Shown here piece by piece: positions 12,501-22,645 of a stretch of DNA of 64,000 nt. This DNA is from Botryllus schlosseri. Its lineage: Eukaryota. Within the stretch, counting starts at the first letter, position 1. The number at the start of each line of letters is the position of its first letter. Both the position numbers and the translations under genes were made by a program. The stretch covers positions 7,688,001 through 7,752,000 of the forward strand of contig CM119377.1 in NCBI GenBank assembly GCA_051294905.1. Direction: 5' to 3'. The notes under the pieces were generated by a model, which worked only from the letters and a program-made list of their open reading frames with translations, made no database searches and was not told the origin of the DNA.

Positions 12501-15500
12501 CACGTCATTGTATTTAACAGCCAAAACTATGCTACGCTACTAACTGTAAATGAGCTGAGAAATATGAGACAGAATCGCCAATTCAAAAGAGCGAGCAAAC
12601 AATTTTGAAATAGGTGGGGTTTTGACTAACAACCCCCCCCCCCCTCCCCCTTTGTGTACGGCACCGACCTCTTGTATTTTCTTCTTCAGCTGGTTGATCT
12701 CTCGCTTCTGCCTGATCAGCATCGCTTCGTCAGACAACACCTCGTTGACATGAGGTTTGTTTTTAATCATCTTTGCGTTGCTGGCGAACTGTAAGGGAAC
12801 AGCAGTTGAAACTCAAAGCGATGAAACAAAGCATTTTATGTGCATTGTATTAACTCTGCAAAGGTTACCAGTGAATTGGCATGTGGATATCGGCACTTGA
12901 TGGCCTGTGACCCTACCATAACTTAAACCCAGTGGTTCTAAACAGGTGTACCGCGGCATACTAGAGTGCTAATCGGTCTGCTCAAGGGTGCCCTGAGCAA
13001 ATGCAGTAAACAAGTATGACGTACAGCAGAGCAAAAATCAAGGAACCCAAATTCTCAATCTGGCACCCCATCAGCCTAATGTCAGTGTTTGATTTTTTTA
13101 GCTTGCCATCCTCTTCCTTGGGTTTGTCCTTGATCGGGTATTATTATCGTAAATTCGCTTTGAACAGAGCGACGCAAGTGGAGGAGAGATGAATCTCCGA
13201 CGCTTCGGAATTCGCAACTGTCATGAATCAAACTTGGGCCTCCGCGTCAATATGGTGGTGATACGCTAATTCGCCCCCACGTGGTAGCATTTGGGAGGGT
13301 CATAACTAAACAAAAGATCATCGCTCGGGCAATAGTGCTGCGATATTAAGGTGTGGTCAAAAATGTTAACCTTTCTTCTGGTCACCCCCATCAAAATCTG
13401 ATGCTGACGGTGACAGGACTCGTGTCTATGACCTTTTTCAGTCTCCTTTTTTTAGTCATGATCTTGCCAAATCTTCGAAGTCTATGGTCATTTTACGTCA
13501 CACCGATATTGTGAAGCGATTTCTAAGATGCCACCTTATAGCACGGTTCGATTTCGCCTCAGACTGTTTGTAAGTCACTGCTCATGCAGATCAGAGGACG
13601 AGGAGGAGTTTAGATGAACCGCCATCGCTTATCAAGGGATTCTGGACTCGGAAACGCGACCAATTTGTGCTGCAGTGGTGCCGTATACCACTACACTACT
13701 CGCCACCCACAATTCACGATCATTATTCAGCGACAAATTATTTTTGAATTTATTAACACAATATTGATTCATCGCTTTCATAAGAATAAATATTACAATT
13801 CTAATGCCGAAATCACCGGTAATGCTTGTAACAGACATACAGAAGCAGACATACCCGAAGCGTGCTGTCCGTGTCGACGAAAGACACAGGAGTAACAGCG
13901 CAAATAATGGCCGTCAAGGCATTCCCTCCCAGAGAAGGTTGCAGGATCCTCGTCAACTTGGAGTCCCTGTAGCTGATATGCCTGTCAAAAAAACAGTCAG
14001 AACGATAGAGAAAATCGCGCAAGTAACTCTTGCAAAATTGATGTCAGATTTCAATGACCCAAAATCACGATTCCTATCTTGTTCCAGAGTGGGGGTCGAC
14101 TGCCAATACAAATTCTGGAGACTTATGACCTAGCTCGACAACGTATTTCCTGCCTTTCATCCTCAAAAAATAGTTGTTAAAGTCAGTAAAAGTTAAGAGC
14201 CGTAAGTAACTGGATCTCATTCTCCTAGTCGACACATTAATTTTTGTTTTATCGTAAATAGCAGACATCAAATCGACGGAGAGATTACGACCCTAAAAAT
14301 CCACCAGCCGGCCACACCACTTTTAGCAATGATGGCTTTGAGCGAGCAATAACTGCGCATAGGGGCTGTTTAAAAACAATTTTTTCTTTCAAATTACACT
14401 GGCTACGTGATAAAATTATTATGTTGGCTAGAACAACGCTGCAATTTCAAACAGTAGAAGCGATCTTATTGCTGTAGAAAAATTTGTGTTCGAATAAAAT
14501 AGTATGCACTGTATCCAACTCTCAATTAATTATTAAAAATCGTGGAATTAGAAATTTTGTCACTGCAATAACTGCGCTTTAGTCGTTGGAATTGAGCACA
14601 ATTTGGTGTGCGTCATCTCTACAGACAGAGTGACAATTTTATGGGGTAGACAGAGAATTTTTCACTGCAAGAATCCCGCTTCTACCGGTTTGAATTGACC
14701 CAAATTTGGTGTGTAGTGTTGTTTTAGACAACATAATAATTTTATCACGTAACCAGTGAAATGTAAAGGAAAAAAAAATTTTTGGACAGTCCTACTGCAC
14801 CAACATCATTCAACAGAACATTCAAAACCACGACGCGAGTTTTCTAGCTGTTCCCCAACTACTATATTTTTCAAGTGTGCAGCTAGAACTAGAACTACTG
14901 AATGTTCAAAATCTGCAACTAGAACTACTCCGTTTTCAAGATTCGCAACTAGAACTACAACTACTCAATTTTCAAAATCAGCAACTAGAACGACTAAAAC
15001 AAACGGTAGTTAGTTGACCGTCGACTAAAGGCTGCTGCACACTGGCTTTGCGACACGACTAAAACAGGTAATTCCCCGATCATGTCGCGCTCACGATCGC
15101 GGCAGTTGCGTTCTGCTGCACACTGGGACACCGAGTCGTAACGTAGGCCTATCTGTTCTGTACCAGCTTAATGATTTCGTAACGGTATAGGTTCTTGGTT
15201 ATTAGTATTGAAGAACACATCAAGATACTTCCTACACATATGTGTTTTCTGTGTGTACTGACAGCATTTTGCTGATGCTCCGAATTTTGATAAAGAATAC
15301 ACCATAATGCCACTAAGATATTCTCAAATTCGAAAACTTAGTTTATTATTTCAACTCAAGACGCAGATAGGGCTGTTCAAAAATAACCTTTTTTCCTGAA
15401 TCTTGCTGATTACTTGATTAAATCGTTAGGTTGCCTTAAAAAATGACGCACACCAGATTTGAATTCATTCCAACCAATATTCGCGAATTTCGTAGAGTTT

Positions 15501-18500
15501 GAAAATTTTGATTTTGCCTATAAATGCAAAAAAAAATTTTTTCAAATTTTTCTGCCAACCCCATGAAATTGTTGCGCTGTCTTCAAAAACGATGCAGAAC
15601 AAATTTGACTCAATTCGAAGCCGTAGAAGTGGAGTTATTTCAGTTTTTCTTTGATAATTCTGGGATTATCCTTGATTGGTGGATCATCCCAGAATTATCA
15701 TCAAAAAACTTGAATAACTCCGCTTCTGCAGCTTGGAATTGAGTCAAATTTGTTTTCCATCGTTTTTGAAGACAGCGCAACAATTTCATAAGGTTGGAAG
15801 CCTGGAAGGACAATTTGAAAAAAAAATTTTTTTGCATTTTTAGGCAAATTCAAAATTTTCAAACTCTACGAAATCCGCGAATATTGGTTGGAATGAATTC
15901 AAATTTGGTGTGCGTCGTTTTTCAAGGCAACCTAACGATTTAATCAAGTAATCAGCAAGATTCAGGAAAAAAGGTTATTTTTGAACAGCCCTGCACAATA
16001 TACAGTACCCAAGATACAAAAAATATAAACAAGAAGATGTCTAATCGTTGAAACGCCCTGACATAGTCCATCAATCAGATATCTTTATAATATATAAGCC
16101 TTCTCTTCTTGGCCTACCGGTACTTTCGTAATGTCAAGCATGTCAGTGGCATTGGCGGGCTAGCGGTCATGTTCTGTTATTCATCTTGTATTGTGAACAT
16201 ATAATTATTTAATTATCAAATATATCTTCATTTCGTTCATCCATCTTCAAGTTATCAACTTGAGGTTGAATCATTCTTTTTCTGGGCTTGTTGGATATCA
16301 TACACTGAGTCAATCCCGCACAGTCTTCACCGTGTAACCCAAGATAAATTACGTATCTGGATCACGAGAACGTTAAATTAGGAAGTTGCACGATTAGAAA
16401 ATATTGCAACAGCACCGTCGAAATAAAAGCGCGTGCTTATTTTCTACTGCGACTGAGCCCGCAACTCGCGACAAAGTTGGACTTTTTCAACTTTGTCGGC
16501 GAGTTGCGCAGCCCTCTCGCCGACGCTTTGTTGCGTAGTCTGGCGACGCGGTGTGCATGGTTTTGTCACAGACAAGCGCGATTCTCTCGTTTTGTCGTGT
16601 CGCGAGAGCCAGTGTGCAGCAGCCTAAACTAAACGTTTAGTTAGTCTGGAAAACTTACGCAGAGCCCTTGCTGTTTTCAGACGCTTTGCAAATCTGATTG
16701 ATGACTTTTCCGAGCAAAGAAAGACTCGAATTGATGTGGCAGCCCTCTTTGAAGCGCTGGCCCTCGGCGCCGGTCTGGTGCGCCCGTTCCGAACCGGCCA
16801 GATCCACCAAATTCTGCAACAGGATAATCGTGGAATCAATCCATGTTTTCGATTGGGTGATAAAAAACACCTTACCAGCTGAGAGATCTTCACAGCCATT
16901 TCGCATTCCACCGAGTCCTTGGTGGAGTTGGCGTCCACACGCTCGCGGCTTTCCAAGATCTACGACACAAGAGACTTAGTTGTCAGAAAACCAAGTGAAA
17001 ATACACGATAAGACAGCACACACGCACAAATTTTCATCAACGGCTGCTACAGACTGAGATTTTTTCAAAAGACACGCAAGTAATAGAAATATTTGAAGAT
17101 AGTCTTGCAGGCACAGAACTTCAACAGGTAAAATATATTCATATTGATCCAAACGCGGATATTTTTCGGTTGACACTGGTAAAGTGCAATCGACAACAAC
17201 TAGTCGATAATTGAAATTAACACTGCATATCAACAATCTCATGAAAAATTCGAATATTTGGGGCTCAATGTACCATGTTTACTTCTACTTGAAACAATTT
17301 TTGGTGCAAAACACTTTTTATATTTGTGAGAAGTTCGCGTCTTTTTTATATGGGTAAATTCCCGTAAGAACTGAACCAAAAAAGCCCCGGTATCATGATA
17401 CGCGAATATATTTTCGAAGATAGTGTCCGCTGGCAGTGTCGTTAGTCATATTGCGTTGGTCGCAAAGACGCAATGTTTAAAGCGGCAACCTCGGAAAAAC
17501 TGGTAATAATAGACGAATCCTTGATCAAAAACTCAAACTCAGAGACAACGTACGGTACTATAGTAGATTTCTACTTCACTAGAGTAGTTTTTACAAGCCC
17601 TGGTAATTGCTACTTCTACTTGTAATGAGTGGAAATTCACAGTATTGCTTCTACATAAACAGCTACACAGAGTGCTTTCACTACCTCTGGTTGTCTGTTG
17701 CTATATTGATATAACCTTACATGGACGCATATATATAATTTTCGACTGAGGTTGGTATCTCTTAGCATAAATAACGTGTTTTTGTAAATGGGCGCTCAGA
17801 AAATGATAGTTCAAGAATGCTTGCCCACGCCAGCACGAAAAACCAAACACAGACTACTCACCATACGGAAGATAGTGTGCGACCTACTGCTCCGTTCGTT
17901 CATGTTGGTGCCGGCCGTTTGTCTCCTTTTGCCTCCTTTTTTTATCAGCTCCAAAACATCAGCTTCAGAGCTCACCAAATGTTCGCTCAAACCCTGCACT
18001 ACTACATTGCGCTGAAATGAAATATCGTAACTTGCAGCTGTCCAATCGTAGTGTCCTATATGGCATGGACACAAGCGAATCTCGCGGCTCAGTGAAATCG
18101 GTCTCCGTCACAATTTCTATTTGGCTAAAGGTAATTTGACGGTGTTTTTTGACCGGCTTGCCGAGCGCGAAATTTGGTAAACAGGTATCTATCGAAAGCT
18201 ACCGTGGTACTGATTGTAGAATCATATATTTTAATCTGCTCGTGGACCTGGAACACCCCCATAATCAGCCTCGAATCTTGCATTGTAACGGAGTTTGGTA
18301 TTGTGACGCCAACCATGCCGTCTGGGTACAGATGAGGAGCAGCGCAAACCACAAGCGTATTGAGCATTCACACTCTTACTCTCGTGCGCACTTGCTCCTG
18401 AGCTGCTCGGACGGCATGGTTGCGTCACAATACCAAACTCCATTACAATGCAACATGCAAGGCTGATTTTGGGGGGTTCCAGGACCACGAGCAGAATAAA

Positions 18501-21500
18501 ATTTCTATTTTCGCAATCAGTACCGACGGTCGCTTTCGATCGATACCTGTTTTATCAAATTTCGCGCTCAGCAAGCCGGTCAAAAATTAAAGTCAAATTG
18601 CCTTTAGCAAAATGGAAATCGTGACGTAGACCAATTTCACGAGCAGTGAGATTTGCTCGTGTCCACACCATATAGGACACTATGGTCCAATAGCCAACCA
18701 ATGTTTTACAGAGAGGGTTTCAGATATATATGATTTCATAGAGTACATCAAATCTAGGACATGGCGATTTAGGTGTTTCCAAAATTATACCCGCAGGATG
18801 CCGGTCATATACAAAACTATGTTGAGTGGGCAATGCAAGTCTGAAATACCTACCGGTACAAACTATGAACTATAACTAAAACTCACAAACTCGTCATCGC
18901 GAATTTGCAGCGGGACCGCGTCGCTGGGCTGCACCAGAAGGTCTTTCAGAACCTCGTTGTAGATTTCGACGTAGGACACGCGAAGGAGAAACTCCCTCTC
19001 CGGAGTCTGCGGTAAACAATGGCAAACGATGAGAGAATCGGTAGAGGTAGTAATTTTCAAGTAATGAAGTATTCTAGTCCTAGGCTTACCTAGAAAATTG
19101 TCAAGTAGCAACAGAAAGTGTTCTACACACGCAATAGCTTGAGCAAGTAGCACAAGTGGGCTAAAACCTATTAGAAATATATAATTAGAAATACTTTGTC
19201 ACGACCACCTCCGCATAAACCACTACCCAAGCACCAGCAGAAACCACATAAGCACTTGCGGAATTAGTGCAAGCAGGAGACACCCATTACAGGTAGAATT
19301 ACAAGCATTTATGACCAGGGTTGTATTGACTCGAGCCGCGATATTTTATTGACTCGACTTGAGTCATTTTCTAAAACGTGAGAATTGACTCGACTTGAGG
19401 CAGTTTGTGTATCGACTCCAGGCACACATAATCGCGAGTTGAAAAGGATCGAACTCGAAAATGAACAGTGAACAAAATGACTTGGACTCGGAATCTAATC
19501 TTTGGACCCTAACTCTGACTTGACTAGAGTCAAAACTATGATAGTAGAATTGACTTGTGACTTGGTTACAACCAAGCTAGTTATTGACCACTACCGTTAC
19601 CGACCTCAAGGATTCATTTCAAAGTCATACCTTTTGTATGTGGGAAAAAGTGTCCCGCACCGCCATCGGAATAATGCCTGGATTGTGCCCGTTCGGGCTG
19701 CCCATCATGGTGTAGGTTTTCCCGCTGGACGTTTGACCGTACGCGAATACCGTGCCTGAGGTGAAACACAAAGTATACAACGAGCGGCCGAGATATTTCG
19801 TACCACGCCCAGACGTTACCGTTGAATCCTTTCATGGCCTCTTCGACAATGGGCTCAACGATCTCTTCGTAGACATCTCTCGTTTCTTCGTCGCTGCCAA
19901 AGACACGGTCTGAAACATGCAAGAGGCGTTACTGTTATCGGACGCTACTAATACAGATATTGAAAGTTGCGGGAATTCAAGTGTGGTAGTAGCATTCTTC
20001 TGAAAGTTGGTCCCGACTAGGGCTGGTCAAATTTGAGTACCCAAGCATTATACTTCGTGTCACCTTTATAACGTCATATGGATGATGTGGAAAGTTCACA
20101 TATGCACGGTACCTATCACACGGCCGCCAAAAAATAATACCAGTTCAACAACAGATAAAATTAATTGGTTATTTTCACGGTGTACCCATTTAAAGGGGCA
20201 CTGCCCTGTAAAAATGATGGTGTCTGAAATTGATGGCCAAAACGAAAAAAAATTTTGGCCGCCACCGTAACGGAGCTGCAATGTATTGAAATTTCCACAA
20301 AAACATCATGCTCCAGCAGTCACCAAAGATCAAACTTTATATAGTTGTCAGCCGATGTTATGAAGGAAATACGTCGTACACGACAATGTGGCTTAGATAC
20401 CGCGTTCAACGGAAGATGTTTAGTCAGGAGATTCATGTCAAAATCGAGCCTAGTGTATTCATTTCTGTCGTGTACGACATATTTGCTTCATAACATCGGC
20501 TGACAACTATATAAAGTTCGATCTCTGCGTGACTGCTTGAGCGTGAAGTTGCTACTGAAATTTCAATAAGTTGCAGCTCCATTGCGGTGGCGTTCTGAAG
20601 AAAACGGCTGCGGCCAAAATTCTTTTTTCGTTTTGCCCTTCAATTTGAGACCACATCAATTTTAGAGTGCAGTGCCCGTTTAATTGCACTACGTGACAAT
20701 GAGGGCATATCCAGCCGAGATCAAAGAGGGGTTTCACTTCGAGTAGCATATCTTGTCTTTATGACTCCACAGAGACTGTGTGGCGGGTGTTACTACTCTT
20801 TCTTATGGCTTGTTATTTCACTGACACCTCAATTGCTAGCACACACACCAGTCAGTTACTACACACTACACAGTAAGCCTACACACCGGGATAATAACAT
20901 CAACAGAAAAAAATGTCAGGTGATATCATTAAGATAACTTAACTAGGCTACTAGTCCTGCTCAACTCTCTAGTTCAGCGTCAACACGGTACTGTATTTCA
21001 ACAAATAATGGGGTGGCAACACTAATCAAGAATCTCTTTAGTGAGCAAGCAACAATTTATCCACAGAGTGAGAGAGGTCTGCAGAACATGGCGAGGACCA
21101 AGGACCACCTTCACTGCACAACACTTAACGTGATCTTACCAAAAATGTACGGATCTCGACGGCCATCGGATTTGATTTCATGAGTGTCGTAAGTCCAATA
21201 AACTTCGGCGCCATTCTCTCTGAAAATACAAGTCTATGAATTAATATCCCGGGAGTAACGAGTTGCCATTTGAGATGTGAAGATATAGATCAAGGATGGG
21301 CGCCCCTACTACGCGCGCGAGCCGCGTGTTAAAAATTATAGTTTTCTGCAAGGAGCCGCAGCGCGAAAATTGAAAAATGCAAAATCTATTCCGTCACAAT
21401 CAAATGTAGACTATCGAATGCAGTTCATTATCGTGTGGTGAAATCAGACTGATTTGGCCAAACTCTGCAGTTATTGCGAGTCTTTACAATACAGGTAGGA

Positions 21501-22022
21501 AGAGCCGTACTCACCATTGTTAGCCCAGAAATTGTCGTGACCTGCGCCACCAGAAGATTTCGTTCAAAAATATTTAAATCTTGACATTTTGACGAAATTT
21601 TGACATGTCAAAAAAATCGCCATAATAATCAGGTTCATTGCTGAACCCAAGGATCTATCATCGATTGATGGACCATTGATGTGGCTGTAACTTTGATGTG
21701 AACTTGATTCGAGAGTTCAATTGCAAAAAGTTTCAAGCCTGCAGTGCAACCTTCCCCAAATTCTGACAAGTGTTACGTAAACCACAAGGAAAGTGACATC
21801 TCGAAAACAATGCAAATATATTTAATATGTGATAGAATGCGTCAGTTTATCATCAGGTTCAAGGTTCAACATCCGTAGCAAAATTGCAATCATTAAAGAC
21901 CCGCAATCAGAGCGTCTGCGTGATGAACTGAGAAGCAGCAAGTGTTAGAATTTCATTAAGACTTTGGTATCTTACCTGGAAATGAGTGGACGCACTCTAA
22001 TTGCTACCTTTACTGAGTTCAT
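447..22022 (-). CDS. CENPE: Centromere-associated protein E (kinesin-7) gene, 19 exons in window, 3' part off the left edge
   Basis: Exons join in frame with GT-AG sites: 22022-21976, 21219-21140, 19909-19820, 19755-19631, 19006-18887, 18011-17862, 16959-16876, 16813-16659, 13981-13855, 12788-12669, 11358-11215, 10693-10579, 10517-10420, 8213-7886, 6134-5953, 5813-5627, 4425-4347, 956-816, 575-447. Motifs: P-loop [56 protein letters not shown], neck [16 protein letters not shown], then coiled coil. Confidence 0.95.
816..956 (-). CDS. CENPE: CENP-E exon 18
   Basis: ...[20 protein letters not shown]; gtaag donor; phase 2-2. Confidence 0.85.
1125..2121. mobile_element. Non-autonomous hAT (Charlie-like) element with nested hAT-like insert at 1447-1752
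   Basis: TIRs caggggtcaccaac / gttggcgacccctg; perfect 8-bp TSD ctttacag. Confidence 0.88.
2684..4232. mobile_element. Non-autonomous hAT element carrying a nested SINE and a pogo-like MITE fragment
   Basis: TIRs cagtgctcttcaacc / ggttgaagagcactg; perfect 8-bp TSD gaataaac. Confidence 0.9.
3318..3593 (-). mobile_element. tRNA-derived SINE
   Basis: A box TAGCGCAGAGG, B box GGTTCGAGTCC, AAAC-type tail, 14-bp TSD cttgcagcccatgt (3304-3317 / 3594-3607). Confidence 0.85.
4347..4425 (-). CDS. CENPE: CENP-E exon 17
   Basis: [18 protein letters not shown]; phase 1-2. Confidence 0.85.
4540..5066. mobile_element. GACTC-repeat hAT-type MITE (family Z)
   Basis: Termini cagggttgta / ccaaccctg; many gactcgagtc units; same family as 26170-26695; partial copies at 1-260, 5325-5502, 7780-7868. 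Confidence 0.75.
5627..5813 (-). CDS. CENPE: CENP-E exon 16 (coiled coil)
   Basis: VSALQSQLE...RLDLE; phase 0-1. Confidence 0.88.
5953..6134 (-). CDS. CENPE: CENP-E exon 15 (coiled coil)
   Basis: [13 protein letters not shown]...EEFKNQ; phase 1-0. Confidence 0.88.
6826..7387. mobile_element. Unclassified TIR-like element with catgctca repeats
   Basis: Imperfect inverted termini (gacatatgagcat / atgctcataagtc); flanked by direct ttatagt(c); related copy at about 56420-56760. Confidence 0.5.
7886..8213 (-). CDS. CENPE: CENP-E exon 14 (coiled coil)
   Basis: E/K/R-rich heptads, GC-rich codons; cag / gtggg sites. Confidence 0.88.
8300..8905. repeat. Degenerate tandem repeat, ~40-bp unit
   Basis: Recurrent tttggattcgagaacaacag...ttcaaagattttggcc variants. 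Confidence 0.65.
8909..9899. mobile_element. TIR element (Kolobok-like, TTAA context) containing a G-rich TTAGGG-bearing minisatellite at about 9355-9765
   Basis: ~100-bp inverted arms built of gaactcgg/ccgagttc units; ttaa at both flanks; internal 22-23-bp unit GGGATATTAGGGTTGCCGGAGGT. Confidence 0.7.
10420..10517 (-). CDS. CENPE: CENP-E exon 13
   Basis: After a 61-nt intron; open in phase 1, ends at gtatgt phase 0. Confidence 0.75.
10579..10693 (-). CDS. CENPE: CENP-E exon 12 (RRETWCPG)
   Basis: Matches CENP-E RRVTWC motif; cag / gtaag sites. Confidence 0.9.
11215..11358 (-). CDS. CENPE: CENP-E exon 11 (coiled coil)
   Basis: [42 protein letters not shown]; phase 0-0. Confidence 0.88.
11883..12466. 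mobile_element. Palindromic P-superfamily-like MITE
   Basis: ~270-bp inverted arms, termini catagtgtcc / ggacactatg; 7-bp TSD gttgaag. Confidence 0.85.
12669..12788 (-). CDS. CENPE: CENP-E exon 10 (motor end, neck)
   Basis: [31 protein letters not shown]. Confidence 0.93.
13500..13707 (-). mobile_element. Diverged SINE related to 3318-3593
   Basis: Shared ttatagcacgg...tgtaag...gaggaggag core and degenerate A/B boxes. Confidence 0.5.
13855..13981 (-). CDS. CENPE: CENP-E exon 9
   Basis: [31 protein letters not shown]. Confidence 0.95.
15029..16625. mobile_element. Harbinger/PIF-like non-autonomous element with nested pogo-like MITE (15369-15992)
   Basis: TIR aggctgctgcacactgg / ccagtgtgcagcagcct; taa/aaa flanks. 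Confidence 0.7.
16659..16813 (-). CDS. CENPE: CENP-E exon 8 (switch II)
   Basis: [31 protein letters not shown]. Confidence 0.95.
16876..16959 (-). CDS. CENPE: CENP-E exon 7
   Basis: ILESRE...VKISQL; tag / gtaag sites, phase 0-0. Confidence 0.92.
17862..18011 (-). CDS. CENPE: CENP-E exon 6 (switch I)
   Basis: [16 protein letters not shown]; cag / gtgag sites. Confidence 0.95.
18047..18684. mobile_element. Palindromic P-superfamily-like MITE, second copy
   Basis: Same arms as 11883-12466; 7-bp TSD gtccaat. Confidence 0.85.
18887..19006 (-). CDS. CENPE: CENP-E exon 5
   Basis: [24 protein letters not shown]; cag / gtgag sites. Confidence 0.95.
19316..19580. mobile_element. Family Z MITE, shortened copy
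   Basis: cagggttgta start; gactcg units; gttacaacc end. Confidence 0.6.
19631..19755 (-). CDS. CENPE: CENP-E exon 4 (P-loop)
   Basis: [18 protein letters not shown]; follows a 64-nt intron. Confidence 0.95.
19820..19909 (-). CDS. CENPE: CENP-E exon 3 ([31 protein letters not shown])
   Basis: Kinesin DRVF...GFNG; 90 nt; splice sites fit. Confidence 0.95.
20194..20679. mobile_element. Palindromic Kolobok-like MITE
   Basis: TTAA on both sides; termini aggggcact / agtgcccgt; long inverted arms. Confidence 0.75.
21140..21219 (-). CDS. CENPE: CENP-E exon 2 ([26 protein letters not shown])
   Basis: tttcag acceptor, gtaag donor, phases 2/1 fit neighbours; VYW matches CENP-E. Confidence 0.9.
21976..22022 (-). 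CDS. CENPE: CENP-E exon 1 ([15 protein letters not shown])
   Basis: ATG at 22022; kinesin N-terminal VRVRP-type motif; donor gtaag, phase 2. Confidence 0.92.
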
Positions 22023-22099
22023 CTTGACGAACTCCTCCTCCAACGCCCTTCTTCAGGTGTTGATGGTTCCGTACCTACCTACAGATCTCCGAAAACAAA

Positions 22100-22146
22100 A
22101 TACAATACCAAATCAAACCCGCACCAAATTTCGTATCGCCGCCAAA
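22100..22146 (-). promoter_or_regulatory. Candidate E2F / CDE-CHR-like cell-cycle elements upstream of CENP-E
   Basis: Minus strand reads TTTGGCGGCG then GCGGGTTTGAT, about 80-125 nt upstream of the ATG of a mitotic gene. Confidence 0.3.
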
Positions 22147-22258
22147 TATAATGGACCTATGGAAATATAGCTCAGTGAAATATGGTGACAGTGCGACATC
22201 TCCTGGTTAGAAATCAAATACAAAAAAATCCATATCAATGAGCCATAGCAAATGAAGA

Positions 22259-22645
22259 ATCATCATCATCATTGGTGTATTAGCAATTTTATCAGTTCAA
22301 TACACCACAAAAAATGCGATAAAATGAAAAGAAAGGAAGATGTTATGAATCAGATCAATGTATGATCGTTGCGTCGTCTTCATGGGCATTTATATTTTCA
22401 TCCACTCGAATCAAAAAATGTACAATGGGATACACAATACACAATTTGATTTAATTACCAGATGTTGAAACGGACGGGTAGTTCCCACAATCAAACATTA
22501 TACTCGCGGCCGAGTGTTCAACTCCAGTACCAATTTAGTATTAATTTTATCATTTCAAAACACCACAATGCTGCGATACGATGAAACGATTGAAAGTTTT
22601 CGAAACAACTTGGAGTAGTCTTTCAAATCAGACACCCACTCAGTT
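22259..22645 (-). mobile_element. Two short 3'-UTR fragments of the L2/CR1-like LINE
   Basis: catcatcatcattgg...tattagcaattttatcagttcaatacaccac matches 59350-59420; a second diverged piece lies at about 22545-22645. Confidence 0.7.
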
